Below, one piece after another: positions 49,938 to 58,540 of a stretch of 64,000 bases of DNA; positions within the stretch are counted from its first letter, which is position 1; every line of letters starts with the position of its first letter. The DNA is from Cloacimonetes bacterium UBA5210 (lineage in GTDB: Bacteria; Cloacimonadota; Cloacimonadia; Cloacimonadales; Cloacimonadaceae). Position numbers and translations under genes: made by a program. The stretch spans positions 30,145 to 94,144 of the forward strand of contig DHVK01000012.1 in the NCBI GenBank assembly GCA_002412625.1, written 5' to 3'. Below the pieces are notes generated by a model that saw only the letters and a program-made list of their open reading frames with translations, was not told the origin of the DNA and did no database searches.

Positions 49938-50681
49938 CTGAAAACTGCCTGAAACAGTGTACTGCGCTTCGACTTCATCAATGGCGAAGCCTTGGTAGAG
50001 TGTGCGGATGTAAGGGTCATTGTTGTAGGATAGCAGGAACTTCCCTTTGATGTTTTTCAGTGCGGATGCCAGCTCTGCATGCTTGGTAAATGCGTCTGCG
50101 TCTTCTCTGTCGTATAGATGCTCCTTGGTGTAATAGGGTGGGTCGAGGTAGAAGAAGGTGTTGGGCGTATCAAAACGGGCAATGATCTTCTCAAAGTCTT
50201 GCTTTTCGATAATCACCTGCTTGAGCCGTTCCGAGGCAGCTTTTACCTTCTCCAGGTTTCGCAGTGGCATGTATTTATAGCCCTGCATGATGCAGAAGTT
50301 CTTGCTGCGTGAGCCGTAGCTGCAGGATAACTGGAAGTAGAAACGGATAGCCCGTTCAAGTTCTGTTTTGGGCTCATGTTGGGTGAACGTGTCGAACATC
50401 TCCCTGGATACCAAGTACTGGTTCAACTCGGTAACAAACGCTTCAGGATGCTGCTTAACGTACTTCCAGAAGTTCACCAGATCACCATTGATGTCGTTAT
50501 AGACTTCAGTGTATCTGCTCTTCTTGGACAACTGCCAGTCTTCCTTGTTGGCTGATTTCCCGAACAGTATCCAGGCAGCACCGCCAAAGACTTCACAGTA
50601 GATGTCGTGCTTGGGGATGAGAGGCAGTATCTTCTTTCTCAGGAGACGCTTGCCACCTACCCATGAGATGATACTATTCAC
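49902..50681 (-). CDS. Dam-family (D12 class) N6-adenine DNA methyltransferase, copy 2
   Basis: WVGGKRLL, EVFGGAAW (motif I) and YLDPPY (motif IV). 4-nt overlap with the upstream paralog. Confidence 0.88.
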   Translation of the reverse strand: MNSIISWVGGKRLLRKKILPLIPKHDIYCEVFGGAAWILFGKSANKEDWQLSKKSRYTEVYNDINGDLVNFWKYVKQHPEAFVTELNQYLVSREMFDTFTQHEPKTELERAIRFYFQLSCSYGSRSKNFCIMQGYKYMPLRNLEKVKAASERLKQVIIEKQDFEKIIARFDTPNTFFYLDPPYYTKEHLYDREDADAFTKHAELASALKNIKGKFLLSYNNDPYIRTLYQGFAIDEVEAQYTVSGSFQLQIELLIRNYK

Positions 50682-51496
50682 GATATCCCCCTGATCTCTT
50701 TGGTGGTTTTAGCTTTGGTCTTGGCTGTATCCTGATCGGTATCCACGAGGTCGAAATTGGCGATGATCACTTCATTGAACTCGGACTTGCCTTCCTTACG
50801 GTTGATACCCTTGGTTCTGGTGACGTGCCTGATATCATAGCCTTTGTATAGCTTCAGTACTTCCGGGTTGTCATCATAGGAGAGGATAAACCTTCCCTTG
50901 ATGTTCTTCAAGATGTCTCTCAGGGTTTCATGGCTGAACTGCTTGGAGTTTTCGTAAGTGTAACCAAGCATGTAAGGCGGATCGCAATAAAAGAAGTTGC
51001 TCTTGGTGTCGTACTTCTCTATCACTTTCTCATAAGAGAGGTTCTCGATGATGACCATGTCCAGTCTTCTGTGCAGTTCCTTGATGCGTTCCAGACGGTT
51101 ATACATACTGGACGTGCCACGCTTCTGAGATGTACCAAAGCTGTCACCTTTGCTTCCGAATGATCTGGTGATGAGGAACATGAACCGGGCAGCTCTCTGT
51201 ATCTCGGTTAAGCCTTCCTGCTTGAGGATATCGCCAAAGAGCTTGCGACTGGCAACCAGAAAGTCCAGTTCTTTGATCAGCTCATCCGGGTGATACTTCA
51301 CTTGTAGGAAGAGATTGACCAGGCGATAGTCGAGATCATTATAAACTTCCAGATCACCCCACTTGTCTTTGAAGAGCAGCATCCAGGCAGCACCACCGAA
51401 GGGTTCAATGTAGCCCTGAATGTCCTTGGGAACGTATTGTGAGATAGTTTTGCGGAGGAGGCGTTTACCTCCGATCCAGCCGATCAGTGCATCCAT
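50678..51496 (-). CDS. Dam-family (D12 class) N6-adenine DNA methyltransferase, copy 1
   Basis: WIGGKRLL, EPFGGAAW (motif I) and YCDPPY (motif IV). It has a Lys/Thr-rich C-terminal tail. Confidence 0.88.
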   Translation of the reverse strand: MDALIGWIGGKRLLRKTISQYVPKDIQGYIEPFGGAAWMLLFKDKWGDLEVYNDLDYRLVNLFLQVKYHPDELIKELDFLVASRKLFGDILKQEGLTEIQRAARFMFLITRSFGSKGDSFGTSQKRGTSSMYNRLERIKELHRRLDMVIIENLSYEKVIEKYDTKSNFFYCDPPYMLGYTYENSKQFSHETLRDILKNIKGRFILSYDDNPEVLKLYKGYDIRHVTRTKGINRKEGKSEFNEVIIANFDLVDTDQDTAKTKAKTTKEIRGIS

Positions 51497-51596
51497 TAGA
51501 TGTCTCCTTTCATACTTGTCAGGCAGAGCCGTAGGTAGAGCTCCGGTAGAGTGAGGTTAGCGAAGTCCTCAGTAGTGAAGCCAAGCTTACGCATTA

Positions 51597-51947
51597 TCAT
51601 TTCGAAGCTCTCGTAGGGGTATTTTCCTGCACCTTGACCGCTAATCCGAAACTCCCGAGCCAAGCGCTGAACCTCTCTTTGCTGGCTCTGATATAGACGA
51701 AAAAAGCAGAGATATGCTCCAAGGCTTCCAAGGCATCCATTGTATCAGGGTCTTGGTTAGAGATGATGCGGATCAGCTCTTTATCGGCTTCTGATTGGGA
51801 GATGATCTCCAGCAGTTCCAGTTCACTGACCTTGGTTACCTTGCCGGAGAGGAAGTCCTCCAGCTTGGCTTTCAGTGTCGTATTGGAGATAGTGAGGCAG
51901 AGTATCTGCCGCAGTTGTTTATAGCTGAGTTGGGGTTCTCGCTTCAT
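51597..51947 (-). CDS. Phage hypothetical protein (tail assembly chaperone by position)
   Basis: A small acidic protein between the tail-protein gene and the tape measure region. The start is set at the ATG at 51947. Confidence 0.35.
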   Translation of the reverse strand: MKREPQLSYKQLRQILCLTISNTTLKAKLEDFLSGKVTKVSELELLEIISQSEADKELIRIISNQDPDTMDALEALEHISAFFVYIRASKERFSAWLGSFGLAVKVQENTPTRASK

Positions 51948-51963
51948 GGTTTGTTTTCCTTTT

Positions 51964-52164
51964 CTATTGTCCAAAGAACATCTTGATGGCAACGCCGATC
52001 AGCATGAAGAACTGGGTAGTGGAGACGCCCAGAAGCAGCTTCATGTTCGTCTCCACTCTCGCCATACGAGTTACCAGTGAGTTATTGCTGTTACCATTGC
52101 CGTAGATCTCCTCATGCACACTGTCGATGCGCTGTTTGATCTCGGGTTTGCATTGGCAATCCAT
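51964..52164 (-). CDS. Small phage protein with C-terminal TM helix
   Basis: 66 aa. The C-terminal hydrophobic segment is LLLGVSTTQFFMLIGVAIKMFF. Confidence 0.4.
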   Translation of the reverse strand: MDCQCKPEIKQRIDSVHEEIYGNGNSNNSLVTRMARVETNMKLLLGVSTTQFFMLIGVAIKMFFGQ

Positions 52165-52187
52165 GTTTAATCCTTGTGTTTCGATGA

Positions 52188-52739
52188 TTATGCTCCGACT
52201 GGAAGATCCTTAAACAGGTAAATCTTACCTGCAGTCACTCCGGAGAACTCAGTGCTGATAACGACCGTGAACAGACCATCAGCTTCACCCGACCAGTCTA
52301 CTGTCCAGCGTAAGCCATTAAAGATCACTGCGCGGTCTTTACCCTTAGATACGATTACGATAGTCGTGTTCTTGCCCATGAATGAGCTACTCTCAAGGAA
52401 GTCTTTCTGCTTCACAGAGAGACCTACAATACTGAGTTCGATGGTTGAAGTGCGCTTGCCGGGAATGCTGTAGTTCCGGGTCTTGAGCTTGGTGATCTTT
52501 GAATCGGTTTTGCCCGGCTTCTCGGCAAGTTCACCTAAGATGTCATAATTGGTACTTAGCTCGAGGTTAAGGGCAGTCTGGTTGATAAAGTGGGCAGCGA
52601 TATCAAGATCAGTGTAAGTGCCTATCCCGAAGTAGATATCATCGGCAATCATCCCCTCAACTAAAGAAACGAAGTTGAGGTCTTTATCAATCATGGTGCC
52701 CGGATAGACCGGGGGTGTTACAGATGGAGTGGGAGGCAT
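52188..52739 (-). CDS. Phage major tail protein candidate
   Basis: 183 aa and beta-rich, located upstream of the chaperone/TMP region. Call is by position only. Confidence 0.4.
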   Translation of the reverse strand: MPPTPSVTPPVYPGTMIDKDLNFVSLVEGMIADDIYFGIGTYTDLDIAAHFINQTALNLELSTNYDILGELAEKPGKTDSKITKLKTRNYSIPGKRTSTIELSIVGLSVKQKDFLESSSFMGKNTTIVIVSKGKDRAVIFNGLRWTVDWSGEADGLFTVVISTEFSGVTAGKIYLFKDLPVGA

Positions 52740-53090
52740 CTAAAATACTCCCTTGATGGCTTTGCCGATACTGAACAGCCACTTACGGTTGTGGAAGACA
52801 TATTCCACCGCTCCCCCGATAGTGCCGAAGATCTTCATGACCAGATTGGTTTGGTTACTGGGGAGGCTCTTGGTAGCCCGCTCGACTGCCAACTGCTTCT
52901 TGGCATAGTCATCGAGGTCCTTGGTGGCAGGATTGATCTTGATATCCTGGATGATATCGAGGATGATCGCCAGAGCGGAGTTGATCTTGGTCTTATCCAA
53001 GGTCTTACCCGTTATCTTGAAAATGATCCAGACGATCAGGGTGGTGATAAGCCCTAAGATGAAGGCTTGATTGGCAATGATGAAGTCCAT
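52740..53090 (-). CDS. Small phage membrane protein
   Basis: N-terminal TM helix FILGLITTLIVWIIF. Adjacent stop and start with the downstream gene. Confidence 0.4.
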   Translation of the reverse strand: MDFIIANQAFILGLITTLIVWIIFKITGKTLDKTKINSALAIILDIIQDIKINPATKDLDDYAKKQLAVERATKSLPSNQTNLVMKIFGTIGGAVEYVFHNRKWLFSIGKAIKGVF

Positions 53091-53117
53091 TGATACTCCT
53101 TATGTTTTGGTTATTGC

Positions 53118-54860
53118 TTAGGTGGTGAGCTTGAACACTTTCACGAAGCCGGAGATGTAGGTGATCCCGGGACGGATACGGATGTACCAGTGGTACTTCC
53201 AGTCTGCGCCATGGTGCTCAACCTTGAGTTCGGCATCGGTACGGTAACCGATGATGATGAACTTGGGCAGACCGCCGATGATGTAGTCATCAGCCATGAG
53301 ACGTGGCTTTACAGGAATCCCCGCAAAGGATACGTTACCGCCTTCGAGCAGCAGTCTGTCTCCGGCTCCGGTCTCACGTTTGGCGAGTTCGGCTCTGATA
53401 CGGATCAGGTCTTTCTGACTGACATAGAACTTGAAGTTCTCCTGCTCTTCTAACATCTCATCAGAGAAAGCTAGGAGTGCAGCTTCGAAGCGTTTCGCCC
53501 AGTCATTGTAGGTGGTCTTGGAGAGGTTGGTGACATCGGTGGCGGTGGTAGCGAGCTTGATCACTCCATCCAGTCCCTTCAGCTTGGCAGTGGCAGATAC
53601 TCTGTCACCTTTGAAGAGTAGCAGACGGATAGCCTTCTCAGTCTTCTTGGCGATATGGTTCTCTACATAGGCTCCGAAGGCATCCTCACCGTACTTGTCC
53701 TTATAGAACTCCACCACATCCCTGCCTAAGGTAAACTCAGCATTGAGTATCCCAGTGGGGACAGAGAGATCGGCAGTGGCTACGGTCTGAGCTGTAAGAG
53801 CACCATCGAGACTATTCTTGAATACCAGGTCATCAATCAGTCCGGCATCGATCTTCTCATCTTTGAGGAGTGGGATAATCGAGATATCGGAAAGGGTATC
53901 ACCGGGCTGGCTGCCAATCACTTCATCGATAAACAGAGATGTGGTATTAGCATTGAGGATGTTCATGGCTTTACCGGAGTCTACATCGGAGATGCCTTTG
54001 TAGATCTCCCGGTGGCTTGCTTTGACCACGATCTTGTTACCATCGATCATGACTTCTTTATCCGCATTCATCTGATTGCCGTCCGGCTCACCTGAAATGC
54101 TCTTGGAGATAGCTCTGGTCATGGTGACTGAGAGGTCTTTCAGGCTCTTCTCGATGCTCTTGATGGCTTCCGAGACGATTACAGTGCCACTGCTCTTCTC
54201 AAGCTCGGTGATCCGCTCAGTGATGGCAGTGATACCTTTCTGCATCTCACTGTTGTTGTTCAGTTCCGCTACCTTACGCAGGCTGCCCAGTTCGTTCTTG
54301 ATCTCGGCTAAGCTGGCTTCGGTGCCACCGTAGTCATCGGCCCGTCCATAGATGGATACCCCATTGAACTCGCCCTTCTCGACCTTCTGCCAGAGTTCAC
54401 TCTGCAGGTTCTCGCACTTGAGGACTTGCACCCAAGAGCCGACTTTAGCATCGGGGAAATGCTCCCGGTCACTGGTCTTGAGTAGGTAGTTCTCCACTAC
54501 GGTAAACTCCGGTACGGGCTGCATATTGTGGTTTACATCGCATTTGCCGACTAAGCCGTGCTTGGCGAAGTGATCACAGGACTTCTGAATCTCTTCCCGG
54601 GTGTAATAGTCCCCCTGGGAGTCATGGATGTTAGGCTCCATCAGAGTGACGTAAAGCCGTCCTTGAGTGCCTGATGTCTCACTCTTGAACTTGGTGGAGT
54701 TGATCTTGTGTTCAAAGCTCCGTCCGGAAGCATTCTTGACCACAAAGCCTTTCTGGTTAGCCGGGTTCATCTCGTCAAAGAGGAGCGAGACCAGCTCGAC
54801 TTCCACATTGCGCAGTTCGCCCTTTTTGACGATCCTGCTCTTAGTTCCGAAGATATTCAT
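53118..54860 (-). CDS. Fusion of XkdF-like prohead protease/scaffold region and HK97-fold major capsid protein
   Basis: The N-terminal ~180 aa match the XkdF-type pattern (DSQGDYYTREEIQKSCDHF...DVNHN...VVENY...GSWVQVLK...ELWQKVEKGEFNGVSIYG). A coiled-coil linker follows, then a ~300-aa C-terminal region of capsid size and position. Confidence 0.6.
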   Translation of the reverse strand: MNIFGTKSRIVKKGELRNVEVELVSLLFDEMNPANQKGFVVKNASGRSFEHKINSTKFKSETSGTQGRLYVTLMEPNIHDSQGDYYTREEIQKSCDHFAKHGLVGKCDVNHNMQPVPEFTVVENYLLKTSDREHFPDAKVGSWVQVLKCENLQSELWQKVEKGEFNGVSIYGRADDYGGTEASLAEIKNELGSLRKVAELNNNSEMQKGITAITERITELEKSSGTVIVSEAIKSIEKSLKDLSVTMTRAISKSISGEPDGNQMNADKEVMIDGNKIVVKASHREIYKGISDVDSGKAMNILNANTTSLFIDEVIGSQPGDTLSDISIIPLLKDEKIDAGLIDDLVFKNSLDGALTAQTVATADLSVPTGILNAEFTLGRDVVEFYKDKYGEDAFGAYVENHIAKKTEKAIRLLLFKGDRVSATAKLKGLDGVIKLATTATDVTNLSKTTYNDWAKRFEAALLAFSDEMLEEQENFKFYVSQKDLIRIRAELAKRETGAGDRLLLEGGNVSFAGIPVKPRLMADDYIIGGLPKFIIIGYRTDAELKVEHHGADWKYHWYIRIRPGITYISGFVKVFKLTT

Positions 54861-55022
54861 GTAATCTCCTTGTTATTGTTTTGAGTTCATGATTTTATGC
54901 TAAGCCATAATGACAAACCACCATGCCTAACTGTGCGACAGTTTTAGTTAAGCATCGATGAGATTTTACTTGTGCTATTTATGGTGGTTAAGAGACTTGT
55001 ACAAAATGAATAGGGAGAATAT

Positions 55023-55979
55023 ATGTCTCTACAACAAAGCTTTAAATGTTTTATGTCCGAAACGCAATCAATAACCCTCAATATAGTGTTGAACAATGTC
55101 AAAGACCGCTATCTTGAGATGATCGACTCAAGTGATGATGTTTATGTGAATACAATGAAAAACAAAATGCTATCCACTCTTAGCAACATGACGGTTCAGT
55201 ATGATGAGTATCATGGCCAGTTTTATCAGGATTATAGCGAGGTAACTTTGTATTTAATACTGAAACATAATGATCTCGATATAACTCCTTTAGCAAGAAA
55301 GAGTTATAGCACGCCTGATTTCAGAATAGTACTCGCTGGGAAAGATTACTTTGTGGAAAATAAGTGCCTAATGCCTATGAACACAGTAATCAACATGGCT
55401 GGACTTCAAGAGCAGATGTTAGAAGTTAACATAGAACTTGAGGAGAAATCGAAAAAGAAGGGCGTACATTTTGGTGCTCCCATCGTTTGCCAACCTCATA
55501 GAGCTAACACTGAAAAATACAGCCATAATGCCAATCTACTAGTAATAGATAACATTATAAGGAAAGTAGTACAGAATTGTAAATCTTCCCAGTTGTCAAA
55601 AAATACTATTCTCATGATAGATATGACCCATTTACCTCTTCATCATCGACCAACTTCATCAGCATTCATATACCTAGGTTCTGACGAGTTAGTTTATACC
55701 GCTCCATTATGGATATCTTGTTTTGGAAAAATCGGAACACCCGTTTTTGGTGTTAAAGAGTTTCCTCTTGGGAATTTTGAGGGATACATGGAAATCGATG
55801 GTATCTTTAACTCAATCAATGAGCTGAATGCCATAGCTTTCAGGTTCGATGATTGGACTGGTGATTCAGTATTTATTGGATTTGATAGATATGGGTTTGA
55901 CATGGACAGACTAATCCAGTCCTTTTGTAAAGAGAGTAATAATGATCGAAACAGACACTGTTTTCCTTCACTGATGTAG
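55023..55979 (+). CDS. PD-(D/E)xK nuclease-like protein with unknown C-terminal domain (AT-rich moron)
   Basis: YSEVTLYLIL...STPDFRIVLAGKDYFVENKC gives E...PD...(x13)...ExK in the expected order. GGGAG RBS precedes the ATG at 55023. The gene is AT-rich and runs opposite to the flanking portal and capsid genes. Confidence 0.55.
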   Translation: MSLQQSFKCFMSETQSITLNIVLNNVKDRYLEMIDSSDDVYVNTMKNKMLSTLSNMTVQYDEYHGQFYQDYSEVTLYLILKHNDLDITPLARKSYSTPDFRIVLAGKDYFVENKCLMPMNTVINMAGLQEQMLEVNIELEEKSKKKGVHFGAPIVCQPHRANTEKYSHNANLLVIDNIIRKVVQNCKSSQLSKNTILMIDMTHLPLHHRPTSSAFIYLGSDELVYTAPLWISCFGKIGTPVFGVKEFPLGNFEGYMEIDGIFNSINELNAIAFRFDDWTGDSVFIGFDRYGFDMDRLIQSFCKESNNDRNRHCFPSLM

Positions 55980-56002
55980 TTAATTATGTTAAAATTCCAA
56001 TG

Positions 56003-57199
56003 TTACTTTACTCCAAAGTTTCGGCTTTGCATAAAGAGTTGATCATCCGCAGATTGGAGCTTCTCGGTTAGATTGCCGAAGTTGAAGTCGTCCGGAGTGA
56101 GGTTCCACCCGAACTCAAAGTTGAACTCTATTGCCAGGGTAAGTGCGAGGCGATTCTGCAGTGGCTTGACTACGAAGTGGTAGAACATCAGCATATCGCT
56201 CTTGTTATCGCCACCCAGCTGCCCTGGGATCAGCTGTGAGACGATCCTTGCCGGAACCCGGTGATAAGCGAAGATACCTTCCCGCAAGTCTTTCTTAAGA
56301 GTGATGAAGCCACCTTCCCTGTCCTGCTGACGCAGTGGCTCGAGGCGTATCTTCACATCCCGGCTCTCGCTTTCGATTAGTACAGTAGAGTGGCTCTTGG
56401 CATTGCCTTTGACCTCGGTGAGTGCCTTTTCGATCTCGGTATAGGCATCGGTGAGGACTTCATTGCCCTGCTCGTCTGTAACGGTTCCGTCTCTGAGCGT
56501 GCCACCTTCCACAATCACGAAGTAATCGATCATCAGCCCGTTCTTGAAGTTGTTGTAGTCGAAGGTCTTGATCTCGGAGAGTATCTCGACATTAATGGCT
56601 ATCGGCAGGCAGGCCAAGCCCCAGGCATTGCTCTTATGGGTGCTCTTCTTGATGTGGATGATATCGGCATAGGCGAAGTCCTTCTTCTGGTTGTTCTTCA
56701 CTTGGATATAGTTAGGTCGAAAGAAGCCGAACTCGTCATAGTTCTCTACGATCTGCACTTCACTGGGCAGCATACGTTCGAGTCCCATCCACTGTCCCTG
56801 AGCGTTACGCATCTTGATCAGGAAGCCATTCCCACAGGTGAGATAGAACTTGATCATCTCAGCCAGGATAGTGGTCTGGTCTTCACAGGCAGGAAACTCG
56901 GCAGCTTCCATCCAGGACTTTACCTGGCTGTTCTTGCAGTCGAACTCCATGACAGTTGCCATAGACAAGGCATCCACACAACCGGAGTGGTACTCATCAG
57001 TATCCAGGAGGTTGAGCAGGTTACTCATCGAGTAGGGCTGAGAGACCACTTTCTTAGTCTCGGCTGCTTTGGAGATCAGTTGCTTACCGACCCGGCTGCA
57101 CTTGGATAAGTCAATCGGCTCAGGCTTGTATTTGGTCTCCAGGAGTTCAGTAGCAGAACTGATCGCCAGGTTATATCCACCCAGTCGCATCACTCTCAT
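56003..57199 (-). CDS. Phage portal protein candidate
   Basis: 398 aa. Its size, its position upstream of the protease/capsid gene and its C-terminal pattern (AYHRVPARIVSQL...MLMFYHFVVKPLQNRL) resemble HK97-family portals. Confidence 0.6.
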   Translation of the reverse strand: MRVMRLGGYNLAISSATELLETKYKPEPIDLSKCSRVGKQLISKAAETKKVVSQPYSMSNLLNLLDTDEYHSGCVDALSMATVMEFDCKNSQVKSWMEAAEFPACEDQTTILAEMIKFYLTCGNGFLIKMRNAQGQWMGLERMLPSEVQIVENYDEFGFFRPNYIQVKNNQKKDFAYADIIHIKKSTHKSNAWGLACLPIAINVEILSEIKTFDYNNFKNGLMIDYFVIVEGGTLRDGTVTDEQGNEVLTDAYTEIEKALTEVKGNAKSHSTVLIESESRDVKIRLEPLRQQDREGGFITLKKDLREGIFAYHRVPARIVSQLIPGQLGGDNKSDMLMFYHFVVKPLQNRLALTLAIEFNFEFGWNLTPDDFNFGNLTEKLQSADDQLFMQSRNFGVK

Positions 57200-57597
57200 G
57201 CCGATGCTCCTGTTCCTGCCTTGAGCAGGTCGATCTTGGCGATCCTGACCAGTCTGGTACCGTCGATGCGGCTGGTGTAGTATTCCACACTGGGCAAGTC
57301 CCGGTTCATCAGCTTGAGATATAAAGAGCGGAACTTCTCTTTGAGTTGGTAAAGGTCGTTATCTGGATCATCCACGTTCTGAGCATTGACAATCAGAAAC
57401 ACTGTCCAAGCCAAATCAGTACTAACATACTGTCTTGAAGTGCCATTCTTGCCTGTCTCTGAGTCCAGAATCACAATAGCACAGGGCAACTGCTTGGGGA
57501 TAGCATCCTTGTTGAACTGGATGGTCGGGATATCGGAATACTTCAATGCATCGACTATCCGATTCCGGTCTGCGATAAACTTCTCATGAGCGGTCAT
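57196..57597 (-). CDS. Phage head-tail connector/tail-completion-size protein
   Basis: ATGA overlap with the upstream gene when the start is set at 57597. 4-nt overlap with the portal gene. No motif. Confidence 0.4.
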   Translation of the reverse strand: MTAHEKFIADRNRIVDALKYSDIPTIQFNKDAIPKQLPCAIVILDSETGKNGTSRQYVSTDLAWTVFLIVNAQNVDDPDNDLYQLKEKFRSLYLKLMNRDLPSVEYYTSRIDGTRLVRIAKIDLLKAGTGASA

Positions 57598-58082
57598 AGA
57601 CTTACCTCGATAGAACTCAATTGTTGGTATATCCACTGCTCCCGGTTAGCAATAACCTCAGCGAATACATTACGGGCAGCGATGCCTTCCCGCTTGATCT
57701 TGCCCCTAATGAGATAAGCGATCTCAGCTACGGTCAGCAGCTTTCCTGTCTCTTTATCAGTCCAAGACAGGTGCTTGCGTTCGACCCAGGCGATCAGTGG
57801 AGCGATCGGAGTCCAGGAAGGCACTTTGCCACCCAATACAAAAGGCTCGTGTTTGACGTTGGAGCCTACTCTGAGGATCATGGCATCAGGACTGGTCTCA
57901 ACCAGATAACCGGTATTGCCATAAAAGTCACCCTTATCGTAGATCTGCTGTGCCAGTATCTCCTTTCGGGACTCAGCATCGATCACAGAACCGATCAAAT
58001 GCAGACGGCTCTCCAGAGCAGTATAGATAGCCAAGTAGATCTCCCGCATCAGCTCATCCGGTGTGGTATAGCTATCAGGCAT
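57594..58082 (-). CDS. Phage hypothetical (connector-size) protein
   Basis: It lies in the coupled gene block. No motif. Confidence 0.4.
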   Translation of the reverse strand: MPDSYTTPDELMREIYLAIYTALESRLHLIGSVIDAESRKEILAQQIYDKGDFYGNTGYLVETSPDAMILRVGSNVKHEPFVLGGKVPSWTPIAPLIAWVERKHLSWTDKETGKLLTVAEIAYLIRGKIKREGIAARNVFAEVIANREQWIYQQLSSIEVSL

Positions 58083-58540
58083 CAGATCACTCCCACCCGG
58101 ATCACTCTTGGAGGTCGGGGTTTCAACTCATCCAACCGAAGTAAACCAGTGGAATTGAGATAGTCTCGAAGTACGGTCAGTGCTCTCAGTTCAAGGTTAG
58201 CTTTGAATGCGTCAATTTCGCTCCCTGTGAGCAGTTCGGTAGCAGACTGGTCTAATCCTACGGTCTTCACTATTCCCTCGCCCAGGGTCTTCAAATTGAG
58301 AAACTCACAAGTACTGTGCAGCATCAGGAAACAGAACCCAAAACGAAAAGAGATCAGAAATGGCTCTTCCTCCGGCATATCATCCTGTATAGCACGATTG
58401 TAATATTCCGGTAAGACGATGGTTCTGATAGTCTCCATTACGATAGCCTTATGCTCTTTGAATATGCCGTTATCACCCATCTCCTTAGGAAGATTGAGTA
58501 TATCGAGCATGGCATCTATCTCGACCGGGATTGGTATCAC
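58082..58540 (-). CDS. Phage hypothetical (connector-size) protein
   Basis: It overlaps the neighbours by 1-4 nt. No motif. Confidence 0.4.
   Translation of the reverse strand: MIPIPVEIDAMLDILNLPKEMGDNGIFKEHKAIVMETIRTIVLPEYYNRAIQDDMPEEEPFLISFRFGFCFLMLHSTCEFLNLKTLGEGIVKTVGLDQSATELLTGSEIDAFKANLELRALTVLRDYLNSTGLLRLDELKPRPPRVIRVGVI

Noticed and set aside
51497-51596. Programmed -1 frameshift extension of the chaperone-size gene (gpG/gpGT-like)
   Set aside because: I could not find a convincing slippery heptamer. The available downstream frame is at most ~33 codons, and the gene is separated from the tape measure gene by three inserted genes.
56390-57109. 239-aa + strand ORF inside the portal gene
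   Set aside because: It is antisense to the portal candidate within a tightly coupled minus-strand block. It has no RBS or motifs.
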